The notes under the pieces: generated by a model | The model's database searches: none | The model's input: only the letters and a program-made list of their open reading frames with translations | What the model was told of the DNA's origin: nothing | Program-made: the position numbers and the translations under genes | In this document: positions 1 to 9,260 of the stretch, one piece after another | Numbering within the stretch: the stretch's first letter is position 1 | Layout of the letters: every line of letters starts with the position of its first letter | Assembly (NCBI GenBank): GCA_963808235.1 | Contig: CAWEEQ010000001.1 | Location: 32,001-96,000, forward strand | Length of the DNA stretch: 64,000 bases | Direction of reading: 5' to 3' | Origin: an uncultured delta proteobacterium | GTDB taxonomy: Bacteria > Desulfobacterota > Binatia > Binatales > Binataceae

Positions 1-37
1 GCAGACCGATGACGAGAACGATCGCGATTTGGCCCAT
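1..37 (-). CDS. 5' start of a membrane protein gene running off the window edge (MGQIAIVLVIGL...)
   Basis: ATG at 37 preceded by a GGAGA RBS on the minus strand; hydrophobic N-terminus; only 12 codons visible. Confidence 0.4.
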   Translation of the reverse strand, partial: MGQIAIVLVIGL

Positions 38-120
38 GATGTGTCTCCAGAGCTGAGGAATTTCGCGAGCGTATCAGAACGCCGCCTGCAGATTGAAGAT
101 GGGGATGCGCGCGAGAGCGG

Positions 121-3100
121 CTAGTCGATCGCCTGCCGCTCCGGCTCGTCGTCGTAAAACGGTTCGACCAGCTTGAGCCGCGAGGCCGGCTTGCGCAGAT
201 CGCGGAACCAGTTCTCCATATCGTCGAACAGCGAGAAGGCGACCGGAGTGATCAGCAGAGTGATCAACAGACACAAGGTCTGCCCGCCGATCACCACCAG
301 CGCGATCGCGCGGATAGAACTGTCGCCGGCGCCTTGCCCGATCGCGACCGGGATCATGCCGGCGACTAGCGCCGCCGTGGTCATCAGGATCGGCCGCAGC
401 CGATCTCTGTTCGCGGTCAGGATCGCCTGGCGTCGCGGCAGTCCGGAGCGGATCAGATTCAATGTCTGATCGAGCTGCAAAATGGAATTTTTCTTCACGA
501 TGCCGAACAGCAGCAGGATGCCGAGTGTCGAGAACAGCATCAGATGCTCGCCGGAACACGAACAGCGATATCAACGCGAACGGCACCGCGAGCGGCAACG
601 ACAGCATGATCGTGATCGGATGGACAAAGCTCTCGAACTGCGCCGCCAGCACCATATACATGAAGATGATCGAAAGCAGGAACGCGATCACGAAGCCGCT
701 TACCATCTCGCCGTAGATTTTGCTCTGCCCGCCGAACGCCGTGATGTATCCCGGCGGCAGATGAATCGAGCCGACTTCGCGAGTGACGGCGTCCATCACT
801 TTGTTCATCGCGAATCCGGGCGCAAGGTTGAAGACGATTGCGATGTTGCGCTGCCGATCCTGCCGATCGATTTGCACTGGACCGGTGCCATGGGTCAGCG
901 TCGCGACGTTGTCGAGCCGCACCTGCCCCACTTTTGTCGATGGAATCGTCAGACCCGCGACGACGACCGGGTTGTTGCGATCCTTGTCGGCCAGTTGCAG
1001 CCGCACGTCGTAAGTATCCTGCCCCTCGCGAAAGCGCGTGATCACATCGCCCTGCACCATCGTGCGCATCGTCTGCGCGATATCGTCCACGGAAACGCCG
1101 AGGTCCGCCGACTTGGTGCGATCGATATTCACCTGCAGCTCGGGAAGGCCGCCCTCGTAGCTGGAATCGAGATCGACGATGCCGGGAATTTTGCCGAGCC
1201 GCGCCATCAGATTGTCCGCGTACCCGCGCAGCGTTTCGAGATCGGGCCCGCGCATGTCGTATTCAACCGCGACGTCGCGAACGCCGCCTTGCTCCCAGGG
1301 CTTTACCGCATCGACGCTGATCCGCAGCGCCGGAAATGCGTCCATCAGTTTGCGCGCGTCGGCCATGATCACTTCCTGGCTGCGACGGCGCCGGTTGAGC
1401 GCAACCAATTTCGCATCGACTTGCGCCACGGTGACGCGATCGTCGCCGTTGGTATCGCCGACGGTCGTGAACAAATCGCGAACTTCGGGGATCGTGCGCA
1501 GCCGGTTCTCGATCTCGGCAACCACCGCATCGGTATGCGCGAGCGAGTATCCCGGCGGAGTACGGAGGTTCACCGCAAATTCGCTCGAGTCGTCGTCGGG
1601 CATGAAAGTCGCCCCCACCAGCCTGCCCAGAAATGGAATCGAGACGACCAGCGCTATCGAGACCGCGACGATCACCCATCGATGATCGAGCGACCAGCGC
1701 AGCGCGAGGTCGTAGTAGTCCTCGATCAAGCGGAAAATCTTCCACTCCTTGCTGCTATGCTTCGATCCGCGCGCCGCTTTCGATTTGAGGTAGCGCGAAC
1801 ACAGCATCGGGGTCAGCGTGAATGCGACCAGCAGCGACACCATGATCGAAAACGCCATCGTAAGCCCGAACGAATTCAGGAAACGGCCCATCACGCCGTG
1901 GATAAACGCGACCGGCACGAAAATCACCGCCAGTGACAGAGTTGTCGCGCTCACCGCGAGTCCGACCTCCGCCGTGGCGGCCTTCGCCGCCGCGATCGGA
2001 TCCATATTTTTTTCTTCGATAAAACGAAAAATATTTTCGAGCACAACTATAGCGTCGTCGATCACTATTCCGACCGAGAGCGTCAGTGCGAGCAGCGTCA
2101 TCCGGTTGAGCGTGAAGCCCATCCACAAAATGAGCGAATAAGTCGAAATGACCGAGACCGGAATCGCGACCGCCGCGATCAACGTCGAACGAATCGAGCC
2201 GAGGAAAAAGAAAACCACGATCGCGGCGCAGATTCCGCCCAGCACCAGATGCTCCTGCACGGTGTCGACCGCCTCGCGGATGAACTGCGAGGCATCGCGC
2301 GTGAAGATCACCTCGACGCCCGCCGGCAGCGTGCCCTTGATTGTCTCGAAGCGCTCCTTGACCCGATCCACGACCGCAATCGCGTTCTCGCCCGATTGCT
2401 TGCGCACCACCAGCGAGACCGCGTTCTTGTTGTCCCATCGCGACAGCGAGCGCGGCTCCTTGACCGAATCTTCCACCGTCGCCACGTCGCCGACCGTCAC
2501 CGGCTTGCCATCGATTTCGCTGACGATCACCTTCGCGAAGTCGGGAACCTCGGTGATACGCCCGAGCGTTCTCAGCATCTCTTCCGACATCCCCTGCTTC
2601 ATGCGGCCGCCGGGGTACTCGACGTTTTGCCGTGAGAGCGCCGCGCCGACTTGCTGAATCGTCGCGCCGGTCGCATGCAGCTTGTCGGCGTCGACGGAGA
2701 CGTGAATTTCGCGCTCGCGTCCGCCGACCAGATCGATCGAGCCGACTCCATCCACCGATTCGAGCGGTTCCTTGAGCCGCCGGCGAGCGATCTCCGTCAG
2801 TTCTTTCAGGCTCTGGTAGCCGGTGACAGTGATCGTGACCACCGGTACCGCGTCGAGGTCGAACTTCTGCACCAACGGCGGCTTGGTCCCTTCGGGTAGC
2901 TGATCGAGCACCGTCGAGATCTTGTCGCGCACGTCCTGAACCGCTGAGTCGAGATCGCGCTCAAGCTTGAACTGGATTATCACCCGCGAGACGCCTTCGA
3001 GCGTGTTCGAGCGCATCTCGTCGATACCGCTGACCGTGTTTACCGCTTCTTCAATTGGCTTGGTGACTCGCGCCTCGGTTTCCTCGGGCGCGGCGCCGGG

Positions 3101-3253
3101 CAAAAACGTCGTGACCATCACGGTCGGCACGTCGACCTTGGGAAACAGATCGACGCCGAGCCGCATGTACGAAAACCACCCGAGCACCACCAGCACGCCG
3201 ACAAACATCGTCGCGAAGACCGGACGGCGGACGCATAAGTCGGCGAGAATCAC
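121..3253 (-). CDS. RND efflux permease (AcrB/AcrD/AcrF family); apparent 1-nt frameshift near 553
   Basis: Motifs RRPVFA, GIVIDDAIVVLENI and LAAQFESFVHP; the C-terminus (GIVKKNSIL, RLRPILMT, TLLITPV) continues in ORF 121..540 in another frame. Confidence 0.93.
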
Positions 3254-4356
3254 GACTGCTCCCTGGCGATCACCGCGGTTCCGTCGGCAAGGCGATCGAC
3301 TTCGCTCACCGCGACCCGCTCGCCCTCCTTCAAGCCCGCAGTAATTTCAACCTGGTCGCCGACTACGCTGCCGGTAGTTACTTCGCGCGCGCGCACGACT
3401 CCATTCTCGACGATAAAAACGCGCGCCACGCCACCGTAGCGCAGCACCGCCAGGTTCGGTACGAACAACGCGCGGTCGCGCCCGAGATCCATCGTGACGT
3501 GCGCGAAAAATCCCGGCTTCAGCGCGCCGTCAGGATTGGCGACCTCCGCTTCGATCAGCAAAGTGCGGCTGCTCTCGTCGAGCGCCGGCGCAATTCGCGT
3601 GATCGTGCCGGTGTATGAAGCCCCGGGCTTCGCGTCGATCGTGAGCTTGACCAGCATCCCGACTTTCGCCAGCGGCACGAAGCGCTCCGGCATCGGGCAG
3701 CGCAGCTTGATCGGGTCGGTCGCGATCAGTTCGTAAATCTGCTTGCCCGGCGAAACGTATTCGCCGAGCGAGACCATGCGCTTTTGCACCGACGCATTGA
3801 ACGGCGCCTTGATTTCCGTGTCCTGGAGCTTCTTGCGCATCATCGCAAGCGTCTCTTGCGCCGATTCTGTGTCGGCTTGATCGACGTGCAACTGCGCCGC
3901 CATCTGATCGAACTGCTCGGCGGATATCATCGACGCTTCCTTGAGCCGCTCCGAACGACGGAAGCGCGCGGTCGAGTTGGCGAGCTTGGCGTGCTCCTGG
4001 TTGAGCGCGGCCTCCGCAGATTCCAGCCGCAGCTCATATTCGCGCGGGTTTATTTTGAGCATCACTTCGCGCGCGATCACCTTGTCGCCGAAGTCCGCAT
4101 CGACCTGCACAACCGCGCCCTCGACTTCGGACGAGATGACCGCATGCTCGCGCGCAAAGAGCGCGCCCTGCATCTCGGCGGTCCGATCCAGTGTCTGCTG
4201 ATGCGCGGCGGCGACCGCTATCGAGATTGGCGCCGGCCCGGTCTTGCTCGTGTCCACGTCGGCCGCGGCAGGCCTATGACATCCCGCAAGCGCCAACGCA
4301 CCCAACACGGACACGACAACAGCGAAGGCCGCGATATTGTGAAACTTGCCCCTCAT
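3250..4356 (-). CDS. RND efflux periplasmic adaptor (membrane fusion protein), lipoprotein
   Basis: Lipobox LAGC; alpha-hairpin; IKAPFNASV and LKPGFFA motifs; 4-nt overlap with the RND gene. Confidence 0.92.
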   Translation of the reverse strand: MRGKFHNIAAFAVVVSVLGALALAGCHRPAAADVDTSKTGPAPISIAVAAAHQQTLDRTAEMQGALFAREHAVISSEVEGAVVQVDADFGDKVIAREVMLKINPREYELRLESAEAALNQEHAKLANSTARFRRSERLKEASMISAEQFDQMAAQLHVDQADTESAQETLAMMRKKLQDTEIKAPFNASVQKRMVSLGEYVSPGKQIYELIATDPIKLRCPMPERFVPLAKVGMLVKLTIDAKPGASYTGTITRIAPALDESSRTLLIEAEVANPDGALKPGFFAHVTMDLGRDRALFVPNLAVLRYGGVARVFIVENGVVRAREVTTGSVVGDQVEITAGLKEGERVAVSEVDRLADGTAVIAREQS

Positions 4357-4979
4357 CTAATCGCGCGCACTCCTTGCAGAAACAATTCGACAACCGCCTC
4401 GCCTTCCGACTCGAGCGGAGTGGACGCGAGTTTCAGAAGACGGCGGCGCAGCGAACCGGTAATCATCTCGCCGAGCATGAAAGCCGCAAATTTTGAATCG
4501 ATCGCACGAATCGCCCCGCGGTCGATAGCGTCCTGCAGCACCGAGGCGACGAAATCGAGATGGCCCGCATAGACGCGCATAAAATCGCGTCCGGCCTGCG
4601 ATTCGAGTTCGATATCGAGCGAATTGCCTATGATGAGCGTCTTGAGGAAATCCTGGTTCGACGCCTGAATCCGGTACTGCGCGAGTACAAGGTTGCGGAT
4701 TCGCTCGAGCGGCTGCAGCGTCGGGTCGTCAGAGCGAACGGTCTCGGCGACCATCTCGCGCAAACCCTCGAGCACCGCCGCGTGAACAAGCTCGTCCTTG
4801 CTCAAAAAGTATAGATAAATCGTGCCCTTAGCGACCTTGGCCTCTTCCGCGACGCGGTCGACCGTGGTCCCCTGCATGCCGTATCGCGCCATCACGCGAC
4901 GCGCTGCCTCGAGGATCTCACGGACCCGAAATTCTTTGATTACCTCTTCTTTCGTCACGGCGACTGGGCGTTCAGTCAA
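4353..4979 (-). CDS. TetR/AcrR family transcriptional regulator
   Basis: HTH ILEAARRVMARYGMQGTTVDRVAEEAKVAKGTIYLYF; first gene of the efflux operon. Confidence 0.93.
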   Translation of the reverse strand: MTERPVAVTKEEVIKEFRVREILEAARRVMARYGMQGTTVDRVAEEAKVAKGTIYLYFLSKDELVHAAVLEGLREMVAETVRSDDPTLQPLERIRNLVLAQYRIQASNQDFLKTLIIGNSLDIELESQAGRDFMRVYAGHLDFVASVLQDAIDRGAIRAIDSKFAAFMLGEMITGSLRRRLLKLASTPLESEGEAVVELFLQGVRAIR

Positions 4980-4997
4980 CTGAACGTGCAGTCAGTT
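4962..4997. promoter_or_regulatory. Two tandem inverted repeats, candidate TetR operators at the tetR start
   Basis: GACTG-N6-CAGTC (4962-4977) and AACTGA-N8-TCAGTT (4978-4997) overlap the start codon. Confidence 0.5.
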
Positions 4998-5045
4998 TAG
5001 ACAAACCCGCAAAGTTGAGGCAAGACCAGGATTGAGCGGAGTCAG

Positions 5046-6017
5046 CTACGATTTTTCGATCTGATCGCCGAGAATTTCCGCCAGCCGCTCCGCCGGCAGC
5101 CGGCGCAAATCGGGTATCGCGAATCCCGACGCGGCCGCATGGCCGCCGCCACCGTAAACCTGCGCGAGCAGCGACAAGTCGATATCGCAATCGGCGCTCC
5201 GCCGTAGGCTGACCCCCTGGCTTCGCAGATCGAACAACGCAACCACCGTGCGATGCTGTCCCTTGTAAAGTTCGGCCGCTACTTCGCTGCTGTAGCCGAA
5301 GCAGCACGCGGTCCGCACGGTGACGCCGTTGTCGAGTTTGCGATCGACCATGGTCGCGTGGGCGAGCTCGACGCTGCGCCGCATCGCATCCTGCCCCGAC
5401 TCGAACGCATGGCGCAGCTTGCGGCTCATGCGCGGCTCGCGCAGCTTCAGAATTTCCCGGTACGACGAGCTCCCGCCGAGCGTCTGTACGGCAAGCGCCC
5501 AGTCGGACGATTCGGGAATTTTGTGGATCCAGCGATCGTGATCGTCGGCGATAAGCGCGAATGGCTGGAACGCCTCGAAGGCCTCGCGCCGGGCTTCGGG
5601 CAAATCGCGACTCATCCGCTTCAGGAAGTTGAAAGTCAGCCGCGCCGCCGAGTATTGCTCGGTCAGAACTTTGCCCGCGAATGGCACCTTGAACTCGGGC
5701 GCGTCGGCGCGCGAGACTGCGGTGCGATGATGATCGATCCAGTAAACGCTGGCGCCGCGGTCGGTGAGTTCGCGCAGATGCGCGCCGGTCTCCGGTGAGT
5801 TCCAGGACAGGTCGGTGATCCAGATTTCGTCGTCGGCGTCATCGGATTTCATAGCCAGCGCCTGGATCACGCGGTCCGCGTCGCTGTTGCCGGCGAGCGT
5901 CGTGAAAACTTTATGGCCATCGTAAAAGCGTGCGACCGCAGCCGCCGCCATCACCCCGTCGAGGCATGAGGGGCCGTGGCTGACGACCTGGATAGTGCGG
6001 GAAGTTTTGCCGGGCAT
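5046..6017 (-). CDS. DHH/DHHA1 family phosphoesterase (NrnB-like)
   Basis: Motifs SH..CLDG, ITDLS, IDHH and GGGGHAAASG. Confidence 0.88.
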   Translation of the reverse strand: MPGKTSRTIQVVSHGPSCLDGVMAAAAVARFYDGHKVFTTLAGNSDADRVIQALAMKSDDADDEIWITDLSWNSPETGAHLRELTDRGASVYWIDHHRTAVSRADAPEFKVPFAGKVLTEQYSAARLTFNFLKRMSRDLPEARREAFEAFQPFALIADDHDRWIHKIPESSDWALAVQTLGGSSSYREILKLREPRMSRKLRHAFESGQDAMRRSVELAHATMVDRKLDNGVTVRTACCFGYSSEVAAELYKGQHRTVVALFDLRSQGVSLRRSADCDIDLSLLAQVYGGGGHAAASGFAIPDLRRLPAERLAEILGDQIEKS

Positions 6018-6611
6018 AAGAGAACGATTGTAGAGCAAACCCCCGCCACGAGCGAAACGCCGCCGCGCCGCGCGAGCCGCACGATCCGCGCGCAGATACC
6101 GAACGCGCTTAGCTCGCTTAGATTCGTGCTGGCCGCGCTATGGGTGGATTTCGCGATGCGCGCGCATCATGGACGCGTCGCATTCGCGATCATCGCGCTG
6201 CTCGCTGCGGGCAGCGATTTTATAGACGGGCGTATCGCACGGCGGCTCGGGACGGTGAGCGGGAGTGGGCGATGGCTCGACGGCGTCGCCGACGTGACGT
6301 TCGTGCTGGCGGCGATTTCTTGCGCGGCGGTTGCGGGCGCGATTCCTTTTTACATTCCAATTCTGATCGCGATCTCGTTCAGCCAGTACGTGATTGATTC
6401 GGTCGCGATCCAACGGGGCGCGTCGGGTCCAATCAAGAGCCGGCTAGGGCATTGGGGCGGGATCATCAACTATGCGATCGTGATCACGCTCGCGTTTGCG
6501 CCGCCGCCTTCTACGCCCGGCGCGATCGTCCGCGATTTCGCGCCCCTGATCGCGCTGTTCTATGTAGCGGCGATCTCGGAACGTGCCTGGCTCTTCTACC
6601 GTTCGCGCTAG
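5976..6611 (+). CDS. CDP-alcohol phosphatidyltransferase family protein (start uncertain)
   Basis: IPNALSSLR and the signature D-F-I-D-G-R-I-A-R...G-R-W-L-D-G-V-A-D. Confidence 0.88.
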   Translation: MADDLDSAGSFAGHKRTIVEQTPATSETPPRRASRTIRAQIPNALSSLRFVLAALWVDFAMRAHHGRVAFAIIALLAAGSDFIDGRIARRLGTVSGSGRWLDGVADVTFVLAAISCAAVAGAIPFYIPILIAISFSQYVIDSVAIQRGASGPIKSRLGHWGGIINYAIVITLAFAPPPSTPGAIVRDFAPLIALFYVAAISERAWLFYRSR

Positions 6612-7019
6612 CTACTGAAGATCGGCTTTGCGGCGGCTTAAAAGTATCGCCGTCCCCCAACTGAAAAGGAGCGCAAGAATCGAATAGACGATGCCGAAGA
6701 TCATCTCGGCCTGCGAAGCGGGCGTCGGATTCGTCGTGGTGTAAAGCGCGAGGTTGATTGTGACGTAGATCGCATACGCGAAGCCGAGGTACAGCGCGTA
6801 GCGGCGCATCCGCCAGATTCCGGCGGCATAAGTCAAAAGAATAATTCCCAGCACCGGCCCCAGGATCGCGTCGGGCGTGCCGCTGAGCCGTTTGCCAAAA
6901 AAGACCAGGCCCGTGGTCGCACCCTCGAGATGAAACGGCTTCAGGATGTCGGTTACTCCGAGAATCGCGAACAGTATCGCCAGGGTTGTGAGTGCGCCAC
7001 CGCGTCGGGAGTCAGCCAT
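6612..7019 (-). CDS. Small integral membrane protein (about 4 TM), unknown function
   Basis: GGAGG RBS before ATG 7019; four hydrophobic segments; co-oriented behind the cytochrome c gene. Confidence 0.75.
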   Translation of the reverse strand: MADSRRGGALTTLAILFAILGVTDILKPFHLEGATTGLVFFGKRLSGTPDAILGPVLGIILLTYAAGIWRMRRYALYLGFAYAIYVTINLALYTTTNPTPASQAEMIFGIVYSILALLFSWGTAILLSRRKADLQ

Positions 7020-7076
7020 CGTCGTACCTCCGCGCACTTCGATGTAGTACGTTCGCGCCGATAGCGATAGACGCGC

Positions 7077-7865
7077 TTAGTGCTTGCCGTAGTCGAGCGG
7101 GGTGCCTTTGCGCTGTGCGAGGATGTACGCCTCGAGCGCGCGGAGTTTTGGATCGTTGGGATCAAACGCTTTGCCCTTGACCGGATTCTCGATACACCAG
7201 TCGATCATGTCGCGCAGCAGCGCCACCTTTTGTAGCTGTACCTGGTATTTCGGATAAGTCTCGGGATGCGTATTCGATGCGTCCGGATGGCACATGTCGC
7301 AGCTCACGCCGATCGTGCCGCCCAGTTCCTTGTCGCTGTGAAAGATACGCTTTCCTTCTGCGACGAAGTTGTCAGTCTCGTTCTTCCAGATCTTGTAGTC
7401 GCGATCAGTGAAGCTTGCGTAGGTGTCGCCCTGCTGAGTTCCCTTGGCGGGAGGCTTTGCTGCACCGGCGGCTGGCGCTGCAGAAGAGGGCGGCACTGGC
7501 GCCGGCGACTGGTCAGTCTGATGCTCTTGCTGAGGCTCCTGCGCCATCTCCCATTTTTCATTCGGATGCTCGCGCTGCCATTTTGCCATTAGCTCGCGCG
7601 TGACCTCGATCGCCTGCTGATGACTCATCGACTCGCCCGTCTTCAGGCCTTTCACCTCTAAGCTTGTCTTACCGTCACATAGCATCACGACCACATTGCC
7701 GTTCCTTGCCGCGGGCGCCTGATGGGTCGGGAGGGGCGAACTTTCCTGCGCGCGAATATTGCGCGGCGCGCAGATCGTGAGCGCGATCAAAAGCAATGTC
7801 GCGAATGCCGCGCGGGTTGCGAATCTGAGGTTTGGTCGGGTCATATTCGCCTTGCGGAAAATCAT
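7077..7865 (-). CDS. Periplasmic monoheme cytochrome c with a SoxA/TsdA-like C-terminal domain
   Basis: Sec signal; CDMCH heme motif (7287-7301); downstream YPKY..LRDMIDWCIENP..G..LRALEAYI pattern; Pro/Ala linker; alternative start 7844. Confidence 0.8.
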   Translation of the reverse strand: MIFRKANMTRPNLRFATRAAFATLLLIALTICAPRNIRAQESSPLPTHQAPAARNGNVVVMLCDGKTSLEVKGLKTGESMSHQQAIEVTRELMAKWQREHPNEKWEMAQEPQQEHQTDQSPAPVPPSSAAPAAGAAKPPAKGTQQGDTYASFTDRDYKIWKNETDNFVAEGKRIFHSDKELGGTIGVSCDMCHPDASNTHPETYPKYQVQLQKVALLRDMIDWCIENPVKGKAFDPNDPKLRALEAYILAQRKGTPLDYGKH

Positions 7866-9014
7866 TCAGTAACTCGCGAACTGCGGCGCGGGCGGTCGCG
7901 CAATCTTGCCGTGTGAAGTCAGGTAGTCGGCTTTTATCGTGACCGGATTGCGATCCCAGAGATTGTAAATCTTGTCGGCCAGGCCGTCGGGTCGGACATT
8001 GAAGTGGCCGTCGCCGAGGCCGTCGAACTGGTCGAACGGGTCGGCGCGGTTCATCTGAACCGTCAGCGTGGGCAGGCCGGTTGGTGCGTATGGCCATGGC
8101 CAGGCTGTGGAGAGCATCCCGTAGAAGCTGATGTTGCCAATCTGGTTCTGGAGCATCTGATGAGTATGGCCGTGGATCACCGTCACGTGTTTGTACGGTT
8201 TCAGAATTGCCTGCACCTGCTCACTGTCTTCGGTCCAGAAATTCCAGTTGCGGTAGTACTTGTAGAGAGGCGAGTGCGAGAACACCAGGAGCGGCGTGGT
8301 GTGCGGCACTTTGGCGAGATCGTCGGAGAGCCACTTGCGTTCGTCGTCGCCGACTTCGAAGCGCGACTGGATGCCGTTGTCAAGGCCGGCAACGGTTTGC
8401 ATCCGCTCCGCCGGAGTCATCTTGCGCGCGGTCCAGAAATCTTTTTCGTGCACGCTCATCAGGACGACGACATGCACGCCCTTCCAGTCGAACGAATAGT
8501 TGGGCGGACCGAACATCTCCTGCCACGCATCGCCGAGGTCGTAAAACCAGTCGTGCTCGCCGACCATCATCTTAACCGGCGCCTTCACTTCGGCGAGGAT
8601 TTGTTTGCCGAGGTCCAGTTCCTCGCGCCGTCCGAGCTGGGCGAGGTCGCCGCCGAACAGCACGAAGTCGGGTTGCGGATCGAGTGCGTTTACATCTTCG
8701 ACCGCCTTGACCGCTCCGCGCACGAAGCGCTGATTCAGAGTGCGCTGATAAAGATGGGTGTCCGATATGTAGGCGAAGGTGAACGGCGGCTTGCCGGCCA
8801 TCCCGGATGCGCTCGCGGTCTTGTCGGGCGCGGCGTTGGCGACGTCGACGAGCTGAAACGAATGCGGCGGCATCAGGCCTTTTGCCATCACGGCGCCGGC
8901 CGATGCGGCCAGTACCTTCAGAAATGTCCGGCGATCGAGCCGGCGCAGTCCTTTGAGGACCGCGTCTCGATCTTCCATGTATTTTGTTTCGACGCTTTTA
9001 TGCCGAGCAGCCAT
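7866..9014 (-). CDS. Tat-exported calcineurin-like metallophosphoesterase
   Basis: Twin-arginine RRTFLK signal; motifs SDTH, GGDL, GEHD, FSHSP and HGHTH. Confidence 0.9.
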   Translation of the reverse strand: MAARHKSVETKYMEDRDAVLKGLRRLDRRTFLKVLAASAGAVMAKGLMPPHSFQLVDVANAAPDKTASASGMAGKPPFTFAYISDTHLYQRTLNQRFVRGAVKAVEDVNALDPQPDFVLFGGDLAQLGRREELDLGKQILAEVKAPVKMMVGEHDWFYDLGDAWQEMFGPPNYSFDWKGVHVVVLMSVHEKDFWTARKMTPAERMQTVAGLDNGIQSRFEVGDDERKWLSDDLAKVPHTTPLLVFSHSPLYKYYRNWNFWTEDSEQVQAILKPYKHVTVIHGHTHQMLQNQIGNISFYGMLSTAWPWPYAPTGLPTLTVQMNRADPFDQFDGLGDGHFNVRPDGLADKIYNLWDRNPVTIKADYLTSHGKIARPPAPQFASY

Positions 9015-9080
9015 TACGCTTGCCTTTTAGAGAGCTGTGTCCTGAGTGAGGTCGAGGTGTTTTGCGCCGAGAAAAATTCG

Positions 9081-9106
9081 GGATTCTTCGCTGCGCTCAG
9101 AATGAC
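9081..9106. repeat. REP-like palindromic element, family A (GGATTCTTCGCTGCGCTCAGAATGAC)
   Basis: Closely similar to the GATTCCTCGGCTTCGCTCGGGATGAC core near 10945 and 11007. Confidence 0.6.
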
Positions 9107-9143
9107 ACAAAAAAGTGCGTCGGCCGGATCGAGCTGGATGCGG

Positions 9144-9197
9144 GCGCCCTCACGCGACGCATCGAAGACTCGCGTCGACCTCTCCCGAAGAGAGAGG
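9144..9197. repeat. REP-like two-hairpin element, family B
   Basis: GCGCCCTCAC-CGACGC..GCGTCG-ACCTCTCCCGAAGAGAGAGG; near-identical copy at 13212-13258. Confidence 0.7.
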
Positions 9198-9260
9198 CTA
9201 TCGGGAGCGACGGGTTGGAGGTTTATGTTTGTAGAGTTCATCAAATTGATTGCGTTCAGG

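Noticed and set aside
482-1936. Long antisense ORFs (also 8004..9275, 23508..24806, 29024..30256, 51365..52513, 56334..57551 and others)
   Set aside because: Shadow frames of high-GC genes with no family motifs
9014-9244. 76-aa ORF, and ORFs at 10704-11356 spanning the repeats
   Set aside because: They are translations of REP-like elements (VILSAAKNP, SSRAKPRD) and are unlikely to be real genes
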